This document shows positions 39,941 to 51,908 of a DNA stretch of 64,000 bases, one piece after another. Below the pieces are notes generated by a model. It searched no databases. It worked only from the letters and a program-made list of their open reading frames with translations, and was not told where the DNA came from. The DNA is from the human T2T-CHM13v2.0 reference genome, Homo sapiens. The stretch is from the NCBI RefSeq assembly GCF_009914755.1, contig NC_060931.1, one strand, 5' to 3'. The position numbers and the translations under genes are program-made. The number at the start of each line of letters is the position of its first letter. The first letter of the stretch is position 1.

Positions 39941-40980
39941 GAATCCTGCCCTGAGCTGGCCTTCAGGAAGGTGAATTCCGGTTTCTGCGCACTCTGCACT
40001 CTGGCCATTGTACCGTCATTTTACCCCTTTATATTTCTACATCGCCCTCCTTCTTCCCCTTATGGGAGCTTTCAACGTCTTGACTGATTTGATCAAATTG
40101 AATACTATGCAACATCAAAATCTGTTGTAAGTCTGATTTGTTATAAGTGATTTTCAGTAGAATGATAGTCGGTGGCTTTAATGAATTTTAATGAGCTTGA
40201 CTGTATGAACAGAGGTAAACAGCATCTGTGTTTTGGGTGCCAAGTTGTCATGGAATTCTAACTCATAGAGGGAAAATCCAGCTTCCGAGAGCAAAGTCCT
40301 TAAAGCAAAGTCCTCACGGCCATTTATGGAATTGTCCAGGCTCTAGAACGTCTCACTTCTCTGCAAGGATCTGTCCGTGTGTCATGGAGCACCTGGAGTG
40401 TTCTGTCTGGAATGCTGGCTGGGAGCCTTCTCCTGGCATTTGAACGAGGGGCAGCTGTGTCCTCTGTTTGCCGTGTAAAGAAAAGAGGACAGAGCTCAGA
40501 GGAGATGAACCCCAGCAGAAAGGGGTGCTTGACCAGCAGGAGAGAAGATAACCAAGAGGGTGAGTGTCCAGGCGGGACCCAGTGTGCATGCCAGGAGCAA
40601 GGGGAGGAAGGACAGGGGCAGCTTTGGAGCAGCTGTGCCCTGAGAGGAGGTGGGTGGGAGCTGAGGGGGGCAGCCAGCAGCTCGGCACAAGGGGCAAGAC
40701 CCAGGGACAGAAAGCAAGGAAAGCCACAGTGACAGGGACCTACTGTCTACTCCTCGGGGGCCAGAGCCAGCCCAGGGCTGGGAGGGGAGACAGGGCAGGA
40801 CACGGCCATGGAGGCAGCTGCCCATGGTCTCTGGAGTGCATGAGGGCTGTGCCTCTTCGGTGGCTGCTGCTCCTTCTGAAGAGTGGCCTGCGGTCGGCAG
40901 CGGGGCCTCTGGGGAGAGCTCCTGATTTCACTTTCATGCTCTGCCGCCACTGAGAGGAGTTAGGAAAATACCACGGGCTG

Positions 40981-41060
40981 CGTGATTTAATCGCCCTGCT
41001 ATTTGTTAATTAGTCTGTGTGAAGTGCCAATCCGCAGTGTGCGTGGGCGTGGGGGCAGGA
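40981..41060 (+). promoter_or_regulatory. Candidate promoter/enhancer motif cluster
   Basis: TGATTTAAT (PBX/HOX-like), TAATTA, GCCAATC (NF-Y) and TGCGTGGGCGTGGG (EGR consensus) within 80 bp. Confidence 0.45.
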
Positions 41061-41482
41061 CTGCGGTTTGCAGGGAAGCCAGCCGCTCGGAGCAGAGGCA
41101 GTTGGAGTTCACCTGCTCAGCTGCTTCCTGCTTGGATGCTCCGATTTCCAGAGCTGCCCACGTTTCCCAGTCCCTTTGAGAAGTTTTCCATTTAGCAACT
41201 GCCTTAAGGGCCTCTCAGTTGTTCAAATAGGAACCCCGATTCCCTCCACCCAAGCCATTTAGGAGGCGTGCAGAACCGAGCCCACCTTCATAACCAGGGT
41301 TGAAGCTGGGCCTCCCAACTCCCTGGACCTGTCCCTCTCCAGGTGGGGCTGCTTCCCTGGCTTCACTTGCCCGGGGCTCTGGGATTTCCCCTTCCTCTCC
41401 TCCATCAAGGGTTGTTTTCAGGAAAGGATGTATATTAGTCATTTACATGCTAGTGTGAATGAGCTCCAGCCACCACTTCCTG

Positions 41483-41890
41483 TGATTCATTCAGTACATG
41501 TTAACCAAGGGCTGCTGTTCCCCGTGCTGGGTATATGAAAACCTTGTCCCCGCCCTGTGAGTTCTACACTAGAGCAGGAAGTGGAAGGAAAAACATCACT
41601 GAAGCCAATGTGATCAGTGCAATATTAATCCCAGGGAAGCTTTAGGAGCACGGGTACTACTTACTGTGGACGACGGTTGGTCAAGGAAGGCTTTCTGGAG
41701 GAGGTGACAGCTAGGCTGGGTCTTAAGGATGAATGGGAAGAGAGAGGAGAACATGTGGATAAGGCCAGGCAAAAGGGCTGCACAGCCAAGTCACAGCCAA
41801 GACGAAATGCAGGGAGAGTTCTGGAAGCTGCGTGTTTCATGCTGCTGGGTAGTGTGGAAGGACAGGCTGGAGCTAGGCAGCTAAGCAGCT
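41483..41890 (-). mobile_element. L2 remnant
   Basis: attcattcag...ggtcaaggaaggctttctggaggaggtgacagctaggctgggtcttaaggatga, a typical antisense L2 motif. Confidence 0.7.
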
Positions 41891-42284
41891 TGGCAAATGG
41901 AGCTACTGAGGATTCCAAACAGGACCTCTGCAGTCGTCTCCACTGCTTATGGGTTGAACCACGTGAAATAGACAATATTCGGCCATTTAGGGCCAAGACA
42001 AATGCCAGCTTTGCGGGGTGCAGCCTCACAGAGAGGCTGCTTGGGGGCCTTTGCAGAGGGTGGATGAGCAGAGGGCATCCTCCGGAACCTGCTTGGGGAC
42101 CCGGCTCTGAGGCCATCGGGCCGGTGGTGTCCAGATTCTCGTGTAGGCTGGGAGAAAGGGGAGGTTCAAGAAACACGGAGGAAGTGAAGCGTCAGAGCCG
42201 GGGGGACGGGGTGCCGCAGAGGAGAAGGAGCACTGAGGCTGAGGTCCAGGCTTGCAGACACGTGGACCATGAGTATTCTGCCAG
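41839..42284 (+). CDS. Candidate coding exon A of a spliced 298-aa orphan ORF (MLLGSVEGQAG...HEYSAR)
   Basis: ATG at 41839 in the 41677-42288 frame; consensus donor CAG|GTAAGA at 42284/42285 removes the TAA stop. Confidence 0.4.
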
Positions 42285-42999
42285 GTAAGAGACAGGGTGG
42301 AGGGTAGGGGCTTACAGCGGCTGTGATGAGCTCGCTTCAGATGAATTTGGAGAGTTTAGGCAACAGTGTATAAACCTGCGTGTGGCAGGGACTCCTGACA
42401 CCTGACAGTGGTAGGATGAATCCACAGGGATGAAGCCGTAGTGGTGGGGTTTTTACAAATGTCGTGGATGATTTGGGGAAGGCGGGCCCTGCCAGTCTCT
42501 CTCACATCATATTTTGAGGCGGCCACCGTTTGGCCCAGCTGTGGTCTTGCTCTGTGCTCACAGACAATTGCATGTCCTGCTGGCTCCAAGCTTTGAGACC
42601 AAGGAGGTCTTGGTGATTTGCAGGCCTCCATTTAGGTGGAAGGGTGATGGCTGGGCCTTCCAGGGAACCCAGCTCCGAAGAGTTGTCTGACCCCCTCAGG
42701 GCAGCACAGCTTATTAGAGGAGGAGCTGGGGGTCCAGGAGGCACGGCAGGTACTTGGGCCATCCAGGGCCCTCCATCGTGTGTTCCCATGGGCTCCCCGC
42801 TGGATGGCAACTTTTCCCTGGCTCTCCCTGCCTTCCTCCTCTTTGAGGCCCCTTTGGCTGTGGCCCCTTCCCATTTCATGCACACCCCCAGCTGTGCCGT
42901 TGACCTCGACTATTCTAACTCAGTGTTTGCTGATTCTGCTGTCTTCCACACCACGTCACAGCAGCTCTGCACGTCTCTCTCTAAGTGACGACTAACGAA

Positions 43000-43160
43000 G
43001 ATAACAATCATAACCACAGACAAAGGCCTAAGGCCGGCCATGTGCCTGGCAGACTCTCATAGAAGGGGTTTATATGAACGAGCTCTTTAATCCCCCAACA
43101 CAGCCAGTAAGTGGCTGAGTTAGGATTTGAACCCGAGGAAGTGGCGTGTCCCTGCTCATA
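43000..43160 (-). mobile_element. MIR (within the candidate intron)
   Basis: cagccagtaagtggctgagttaggatttgaaccc. Confidence 0.65.
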
Positions 43161-43460
43161 GGTAAGTGGAGTCAGGGGTGTGGCAGCCCTTCTTTCCCTT
43201 TCCGGGAAAGACATGGTTTCAGCAGGGACCCTGCGGTCAGCATCTTGTCCTTTCCTTTGGTCAGGAGGAGTGACCCTTGTTGGGGAGGGGACCCTGAGGC
43301 TGGCGGGGAGGGCTGTGGGCAGGAGGAACTGTGGGATCCTCATCAGATCCACTCTCCAGGCAGCCACCTCCTGGGACCTGCACTGATGAGCATCACAATT
43401 AATGTCACAATTGTTAAAAAATGTTAAATACCTTCTGACTCCCCTTTTCTCTCAATATAG

Positions 43461-43911
43461 GTCTGTGGGTGTCTCTTCTGAGCTACACCAGTTTCCAGGT
43501 TACCTGGGACCATGGATAACTCTCAGATCAGCAACTTGTCAGTTGATTTCCAAGCTGCTGTTGGCTGGACTCAGACTCAGCAGGGAGCACCTGGGCGAGC
43601 CCTGTGCTGCGGGCTGGACTCCGGCCCATCTCGCTGATTACTCTTGCTTTTGCTCCCCAGTGTGTCCTCAAGAGGTCAGAGCCTGCTTGTTGTTTCTTCA
43701 TGACCACGGGAGGAGGGGCACCAACATGAGGGTGCTAGCATCTCCCCAGTGGTGGCTTCCCAGGGCTGGGGAAACCCTGGGGGAGGGGTTGGGACAGGGA
43801 CCTCTGTCGCTTGCTGCCACTGCCTGGGTCAACTGCCTGGCAGGGCTGGCCGCTCGTGCTCAGAAGGCTGAGGCCTTACCTGCCTTCTCCTCTCACCCAG
43901 CGCCCATGTAA
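43461..43911 (+). CDS. Candidate coding exon B (..SVGVSSELHQ...SSHPAPM*)
   Basis: Branch-like CTGAC at 43435-43439, pyrimidine tract and TAG|G acceptor; in frame with exon A (AG|G = Arg). Confidence 0.4.
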
Positions 43912-44967
43912 GGACACATCTGAGTTGGCATTCTGTGTCTGCTCTTGAGCTACTCGCATGATAAGTCTTTGTTGTCCTGTGGGATGTCACCGGTTCATGC
44001 TGAAGAGAAATTGTAAAGGACTCCTTTGCCTGCTCAGGCCCCATGGCCTCTGTCATGTTTTGTCCCCGTCCCTTTGGGAGCACAGCAGCAGTGGGCTGGC
44101 TGGACTGTGCAGGCGAGGTTCAAGGATGAGGTACAGTTGTGTGAAAGGTGAGCCTGCTGGACCGGGGAGCTTTCCTCAAGGCCTCCGCCTGGCTATGATG
44201 GCGTTAGGGTTGAGGGGAAGCTTCATCCAAAATGCACAGTACTTGGATGTCAAGATGATGTTGCTGCTCTCAGGATGAGTCACTCTCCACCACTGACTTC
44301 CTTTGATGTTCTGAGCTCAGCCTGGAGTCTGACCTGGGACTATAGCACTTGTTCTCCCAAGGTAAGGCTGGCGGCCAAACCCAGCTGCGCACACCTGAAC
44401 CTGCTCCTTGGCAGAGATGAAGGGCGTCATGTTTCGTAGCCACTCAACACCCATGGACAATTTGGCTCCTTGTAAAGACTTAGTCATGCCTTTGAACTGA
44501 CTTACTTGAAATATAATTGCTCCTATTTTGCTCCAAAGACCAGTGGCATGATGGGTTAGAGTTATTTGTATTTATTGAGATTGTTGTAATTAGCAATCTC
44601 AGGGCTCAGTCTAACTGCATTATCCATGCTGGAAAACTTAAAAAAAAAATACAGTCCTTCATCTTCAGTTTTCCAATGGTCGCCAGTTATACACAGCTAA
44701 TCTTTGCAGTGAAAGTTGTCTTTGGAGAATGTGCTTTCTTGGTCCCGGGTGGTCCTGGTCTTGGGCTGGAATCTACGTGAGCTGCTTTGAAGTAAGCTGA
44801 CAATACACAATTATTAAGGCTATTTTGACCTGCAAGTATGGTTTCTTAAAAAGGAACAATTAAATACCATGTAGCAGTTATTTAGACTTTAGCATTGACT
44901 AAGGAAAGGAGAAAATGGAAGAAGAACCCCCTCCTGCTTAGATGTAGTCATTTTTTTAAAAAGTAAT

Positions 44968-46290
44968 CTTTTGGGGAATAAACTTAACCAAGGAGGTGAG
45001 GGACTTGTAAACAAAATGTTAAAACTGCACTGAAGACTAGAAAATGTTGATGAAAGCTGTTAAAGAAGACACAATTAGATGATGAAAACACATCCCATGT
45101 TCATGGATTGAAAGACAATATTGTTAAGATGTCAATACTATAGATTCTATGCAATCCCTGTCAAAACCCAATTTTTTTTCAAACATAGGAAAATCCATTC
45201 TAAAATTTACATGGACTCTCAAGGAACCCTGAGTAGACAAAACAATCTTGTAAAAGAACAATGTTGGAGGGCTCACACTTTCTGGTTTCAAAACTACAGT
45301 AATTAAAAAGCTACAGTAATTAAAACAGCATGATATTGTCACAAAGATATAGAAAAATAGAATAGAATATAAATCTTGGAAATAAATCTTCACATATATA
45401 GTCAAATGATCTTTGGTGAGGGTGCCAAGACCACTTAATGGGGAAAGGACAGCCTCTTCAACAAATGATTTTGGAAAAATTAGATATTTATATGCAAAAG
45501 AACGAAGTTGGACCCTAACTTTACACTATACACAAAAATCTACTAAAACTGGATTAAAGAACTAGCTATAATACCAAAAAGTATAAAATTTCTAGAAGGA
45601 AACATAGGGGAAAACTTCATGCATTGATTTGGCATGATTTTTTGCATATGGCATTAAAAGCACAGGTGACAAAAGCAAAAATAGAGAATTGGGACTACAT
45701 CATACTTAAAAACTTCTGTGTATCAAAGTACACAGTCAACACAGTAAAAAGGCAACCTGCCAGAATGAGAGAAAATATTTGCAAATTATGTATCTGGTGA
45801 GGGGTTAATATCCAGAATATATAAAGAACATTTAAATCTCAGCTACAACAACAAAATAAGTAACTCAATTTAAAAGTGGGCAAAGGCCTTGAATAGACAT
45901 TTCTTCAAAGAGGATATACAAATGGCCAAATAAGCACATGAAAAGATGCTCAGTATCACTAACATTAGATAAATGAAAATCAAAACCACAATGAAATATC
46001 GCCTGACATCCATTAGGATGGCTACAATAGGAAAAACAAAGTGTCGACAAGGGTGTAGAGAAATCGAAAACTTAATGTAAAGTTGGTGAGAATGTAAAAT
46101 GGTGTGGCCACTATGTAAACCAGTATGGTCATTCCTCAAAAAATTAAAGATAGAACTATCATAGGATCCAGCAGTGCCACTTCTGGTTACATACCCAAAG
46201 GAAATAAAAGTAAGATCTCAAATAGTGATTTTTATACCCATGTTAATAACAACAGTATACAATAGCCATGTGGTGGAAACGACTCAGACA
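44968..46290 (+). mobile_element. L1 (L1MB/MC-like) ORF2 3' portion
   Basis: catcccatgttcatggattg...tagattctatgcaatccct...gaatagacatttcttcaaagagga...ggatccagcagtgccacttctgg. Confidence 0.9.
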
Positions 46291-46298
46291 TCTATTCT

Positions 46299-47388
46299 CT
46301 TTTTAAAAAAATTATTTACTTTTTACTGACACCTATTAGATGTACTTATTTTCAGGGTACATGTGATAATTTGATACACTCACATAATCAAATTGGGGTA
46401 ATGGGGATATCCATTACCTTAAATATTTATCTTTTCTTTATGCTAAGAACAATTGCATTATTCTCTCCTAGCTATTTCAAAACAACCGATTAATGTTAAC
46501 TATAATCACCCTACTGATCTATCAAACACCATGTCTGATTTCTTCTATGTGTAGGTTTATACCCTTAATCAGCCTTTGTTTTTCTCCACCCACCTCCCCT
46601 ACCCTTCCCAGCCTCCGGTAACCACCAACCCAGTCTCTATCTTCATGAGGTTCTCTTTTTTAGCCCCTGTGTATGAGTGAGAACATGTGATATTTGTCTT
46701 TCTGTGCTTGGCTTATTTCACTTAACATCATGTTGCTGCAAATGACAGGATTTCATTCTTTTTTATGGCTGAATAATATTCCATTGTGTATTTATACCTC
46801 ATTTTCTTTATCCATTCATCCACAGATGGACACTTAGGTTGATCCCATATTTTGACTATTGTGAATAGTGCTGCAATAAGCATGGGAGTGCAGATTTAAA
46901 TATATACCCAACAGAGGGATTGCTGGATCATATGGTGGTTCTACGTTTAGTTTTTTGAGGAACCTCCATAGTGTTCTCTACCATGGCTGTGAAAATTCAC
47001 ATTCCTGCCAATGGTGAACAAGGGTTTCCCCTTTCTCCACATTCTCACCAGCATCTGTTATTGGCTGTCTTTTGGAGAAAAAACATTCTGACTGAGGTGA
47101 AGTGATACTTCACTCTGGTTTTGACTTACATTTCTCTGATGATTAGTGATGTTGAACATTTTTTTCCTATACCTGTTGACCATGTGTATGTATTCTGTCA
47201 AGAAATGTCTGTTCAGATCTTTTGGCCATTTTAAAATCAGATTATTTGTTTTTTTGCTATTTGAGCTCCTTATATATTTTGCTTATTAATCCCTTGTCAG
47301 ATAAAGAATTTGCAAATATTTTCTGCTATTCTGTAGGTTGTATCTTCATCTTCACTTTGTTGATTGTTTTGTTTACTGTGTAGAAACT
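46299..47388 (-). mobile_element. L1MA-type 3' end
   Basis: gggtacatgtgataatttgatac...atgagtgagaacatg...tccattcatcc...tttgcaaatattttct. Confidence 0.9.
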
Positions 47389-47528
47389 TTTTTTTTTTTT
47401 TTTTTTTGATGGGGGAGACAGTCTCATGATGTTGCCCTGGCTGGTCTTGAACTCATGGCCTCAAGTGATCCTCCTACCTTGGCCTCCTAAAGCTCTGGGA
47501 TTACAGGCATGAGCCACCATGCCTGGCC
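47389..47528 (-). mobile_element. FLAM_C / free left Alu monomer
   Basis: Poly-T plus gctggtcttgaactcatggcctcaagtgatcctcctaccttggcc; degenerate TSD. Confidence 0.85.
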
Positions 47529-47547
47529 TTGCGCAGAACCTTTTCAT

Positions 47548-47990
47548 CTTTCGAACTCATTCTACAAGGCTAGCATTACCATGATACCCAAACCAGATAA
47601 GGATACAACAACAAAAAAGAAAACTACAGGCCAAGATCACTGATGAACATAGATGCACAAATCCTCAACAAAATACTAGCCAACTGAATTCAACAGCACA
47701 TCAAAAAGATCATTCACCATGATCAAGTGGGTTTCACCCCAGGGTGCAAGGTTGATTCTACATATGCAAACCAATAAGTATTGAAATGATCACATGATTT
47801 TTGTTCTCAGTTCTATTAATGTTCTTGATTCTGTTAATGTTCTGTTCACATTGCAGAAAAAGCATTTGACAAAATAATTTCAGTAGCTGCTGAAAAAGCA
47901 TTTGATAAAATTCAGCATACCTTTATGATACAAAAAACCTTCAATAAACTGGGTATAAAAGAAACATACCTTAAAATAGTAAGGGTCATG
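47548..47990 (+). mobile_element. L1 ORF2 RT-region segment, probably the 5'-inverted part of the adjacent L1MA
   Basis: aactcattctacaaggc...gatgaacatagatgcacaaatcctcaacaaaatactagc...catgatcaagtggg, opposite strand to 46299-47388. Confidence 0.85.
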
Positions 47991-48032
47991 TTAATTCCCT
48001 GAGTGAATTCATATTAATTCACTGAGTCATGC

Positions 48033-48188
48033 AGATCTTCCAAATGTTGACACATTTCAGAATACCAACAGTGAAAAAGGTACACGACATCTAGGTGTTA
48101 TTGCAAAAATAATTTTTACATCATGGATCCCCAGAGAATGCTTGGGGACCCTCGGGGATCCACAGGCCATGTTTCTGTGAACTGCTGT
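48033..48188. mobile_element. hAT Charlie1-like terminus
   Basis: aaatgttgacacatttca...ggggaccctcggggatcc...gaactgctg. Confidence 0.55.
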
Positions 48189-48911
48189 ATGATCCAAAAC
48201 ACATCCTATCACTGATTTCAGACCCAAGAGTAAAGGAAATTGGCTCAACCATTTTAGAAAGAGGGATGCAGAGTTCCATGGCAGAAGGCACGGATGCAGG
48301 TGGGGAAGGATGGGAGCCAGAAGGCGGCCCATCACAGAGCTCTCGCTGAGGACTGGCATCATAGCAGAAGTTGATCCTGGGCTGGAGGTGTCTGGTCGGA
48401 CCCACTTTATCGTTCATGTTCACATTTTGTTACCTGCCACCTTACATTATGGCTTAACTGTTTCGTGCGTGCCTGGCTGGTAATTCCACCAGGTAGTTAA
48501 GCTTCTCGTGACTAGAGATGAGTATTCCACATTCTCTCTGCACCCCTGGAATGGTGGCTGCACACCCAAGTCCTCTCTGCTTAACGTTCCTCCTCTAGGG
48601 TTTAGAGGAGCAGCTCTGCAGTCCGACTGTCCCAGTGCAAAGCCGGGCTCCACAATGAAGAGCCATTTGACAAGGGGTGAGTTAACTTTTCTAAAGCTCT
48701 CGGATGCCGTCTGTAAAGTGGCGCTGCTCCAAGTGTGCTGTGACGGTTGGAGGAGATAAGGCTTGGAGAGCTCTGAGCACCCAGAAGGCAGTACGCCGCG
48801 GCGGACTTGAGTCATGGACTTTTCATCCCAGGGCTCTCCATTTTCACCAGCACTTGGTGGTGGTGGTGGGGATGAACGTGTTCCTCTCTGAAGGTACCGG
48901 GCTGGGCTGCC

Positions 48912-48915
<4 letters not shown>

Positions 48916-48944
<29 letters not shown>

Positions 48945-49226
48945 CAGACGGAGTTTTGCTCTTGTTGCCTAGGCTGGAGTACAGTGGCAAGATCTCAGCT
49001 CACTGCAACCTCCACCTCCTGGGGTTCAAGCGATTCTCCTGCCTCAGCTTCCCGAGTAGCTGGGATTACAGGCATGCACCACCACGCCTGGCTAATTTTT
49101 GTATTTTTAGTAGAGATGGGGTATCACCATGTTGGCCAGGATGGTCTCAATCTCTTGACCTCGTGATCTGCTCGCCTCAGCCTCCCAAAGTGCTGGGATT
49201 ACAGGCAAGAGCCACTGCGCTTGGCC
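48916..49226 (-). mobile_element. AluS (Sc-like left arm)
   Basis: Long poly-T plus full dimer; ccaggatggtctcaatctcttgacctcgtgatc. Confidence 0.95.
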
Positions 49227-50187
49227 TGTATGCCTATTTCTAAGCAATGAGGAAGGTAGCTTTAAAAACCAAGCACAGGTAGGGCCTTTCTGTCTGTTCT
49301 TTTCACACAGTCTTATGAAATATTCTCCACAGTGTAAAATCCTTTCTGTTCCTCTCTTTTTGAAGAGCAGTTGAAGCTGAATATGCCCCTTTGCTCTTTC
49401 GTTGCCTAATGCACGTCTAGCAGTTTTTCCAGAAAGACCTTTGGGTCCAGGACCTGGTCTAGCTTCTAAGTCTGCTTTTGCTGAGCGTGGCAGCCTTGAC
49501 AGAGTCAGGATTCCCAAAGCTTCCCCATCAGCCAACTGCACGTCCGTCTTCCCTCCAGGGCTCTTGTAACATGGGAAGGAGCTTCCACAAGATATTTATG
49601 AAATTTTATCAAAATCGTGATTGATGATGATGACCCTTTTATTTTCATGAAATTCTTAAATGACTTAATTTTAGTTTCTTTGTCTATTTTAGCCCATTTC
49701 TGCTCCCTAAAGGGACTAACTTCTCAAGAAGAAATTCTGACTTCCTGTTTACATTTTTCTTTCCCTTTTCAGAGGAGAATGTAGTTGGTTCCGTGAGCTA
49801 AGTGTGTCTTTTAAGATCCCTCACCTCATCCAGAGCTGGGCTGATGCTGTTACTCCTCTCATAGCCCACTCCTCTGCAGGGTGACCTGGGATCACTCAAA
49901 GTATTGATCACGCTGTGCTGGTCTATTCTGCAGGACACTTGTCTCATCTCAGTGAAACTGGGTGCACAATGGTTCGAGGGGCTGTGACACACTTGTCCAC
50001 TCTGTCTCCTACAGGACTTGTCTAGCCTCATCTCAGAAAACTCAGCCCTTTGGATATTCACAGTATTGAGTTTATTCAGGAAGAGCTTGAAGAAACATTT
50101 TTGATCACTGACTGTTTGCTAGATCCTGGACGAAATTCACCCTGCTTTCAAATCCTTTGTGTTCTAAATCCCTTATCAACGATATGC

Positions 50188-50367
50188 AACTGTCATACCC
50201 AAAGGAAAGCAAACACTCATATTTAACGTGTCCCTCTGCCCTGGCCGCGAGTTCTGTGAAGATGGATTGGGATCTGTAACTGTCATCCCCAGAGGGAAAG
50301 AAATACTCATATTTAACGTGTCCCTCTGCCCTGACCACGAGTTCCGTGAAGACGGAGTGGGATCTGT
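50188..50367. repeat. Tandem duplication of a 90-bp unique unit
   Basis: AACTGTCAT...ACTCATATTTAACGTGTCCCTCTGCCCTG...TGGGATCTGT at 50188 and 50278. Confidence 0.95.
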
Positions 50368-51525
50368 GTGTTCAGCGCTGGGTAGGATGCAGGTTGCCTG
50401 CATGCAGCAGCTTCAGCCTTGACACCTGGGTCCTCCCCTGGGTTTTGCTCAGTCCCAGGTAAACGAGGTGTGCAGTCCAGGAATGGGGCCTGTAGGGCAC
50501 CTGAGCCAGTGGCACAGATATGAACTTTACCTGAAACTCAAGATTTTCATTTCTGCACGTTATTCAAGTATGCAAGCTGGTTGAGCTGAGGCTTCACTTC
50601 CTTTTTTTTTTTTTTTCCTTTTCTTTTCTCAGCCTGACGCAGGGAAGTTTTTAATCTGTTCTTCCTCTTCCTTCTCCTCGGTTGTCCAGGCCTGGGTGTT
50701 CAGCACGTTCCCTCCAGGAAGTTTAGAGTGGCATCTCTCCGAGGGCAAGACCCTGGTGAGGATGGACGTCTTAGCCTCCACGCTGAGTGGAAGGAGAGAG
50801 GCTTGGTCCAGGCCTCAAGGCCTTCTATGCCCACCAGGTATCCAGGAAGCCCTGGAGAGCCCCAAGCAGTAAACGGGAGAGGTGCTCTGTGGGAAATGCA
50901 GGCAGAGAGGGAGAACTCTTCCCACTGAAGCCTCCAGCCCCGGCTTCTTCTAAGCCTTTGGCGGCTATTAAAAAAATTCCTTCAGTTTTTGCCCACTAAT
51001 GATGCCCATCATTCTCTGGAACCTGAATTCAGAAGCGCAGGCTCACAGCCATCTGTCTTACATGATTTACAGGAATGCTTTTTATCCTAAAAGCTGGGGC
51101 CATTTGTATCCAAGAAGGGTGTAGCCGTAGGAACCTCTGTACCTATATTTAGTAGAGAATTGAGTCAGTTTTCTGGGTACTTAATAGTTTCCTACTTCAC
51201 GGTGTGTAGGTTAAACTTGGTTTTAGTTATGACAGATTGGGATAACAAGTATAAAAATAACCATCTAATTAATGGCTCCATGTACTGTATGATTCTAGAA
51301 AGGATTATTTAGAATTATTGGATCAGGTAAGGTTGTGGACATACTGTGTCTGGATTTTCCTAAGTTCTCTTAAAAAACAAGTTCAGACCAATACGTATAT
51401 TTATGGGGGAGTGTGTAAATGCAGTCTGCAGAATGCCCGTGTGGACACGTCTGGGCAAGAACGCCCATGTGGACGCATCAGGGTAAGGCTGGCAGCCTCA
51501 CGGAGGGATGATAGGTCATTGTCAG

Positions 51526-51908
51526 TCGCTGCGGCTGAGTTAAGTTCACCCCCCAATTCACATGTTGAAGTCCTGACCCCTAGGACCTGAGAATGTAACT
51601 GTATTTGGAGATAGGGCATTTCAAGAGTTAATTAAAGTAAAATGGAGTATTAGGGTGGGCCCTGATCCCATCTGACCCACGTCCTTATAAGAAGAGGAGA
51701 TAAGGACACAGACACACCCAGAAGGCTGACCCTGCGAGGACCCAGGGAAGAGACAGGGAGGAAGGCACTGGAGGGGGCCAGCCCTGCCCACAGCTTGCTG
51801 TTGGTCTTGCAGCCTCTGGAGCTGTGAGAAATGAACTTCTGTGTGTAAGCCGCCCCATCCGTAGCCACATCGTGGGATTTTGTTCAGATAGCCAAGCTGA
51901 CTCCCACA
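51526..51908 (+). mobile_element. MLT1A/B-like MaLR LTR
   Basis: aattcacatgttgaagtcct...gaatgtaactgtatttggagataggg...ccttataagaagagga...ctgtgagaaatgaacttctg. Confidence 0.85.

Noticed and set aside
41661-42176. 171-aa antisense ORF overlapping candidate exon A
   Set aside because: No splice or promoter support on that strand; likely a shadow of the GC-rich open frame.
48704-49243. 179-aa ORF and similar ORFs at 24024-24480 and 56168-56509
   Set aside because: Largely antisense-Alu reading frames.
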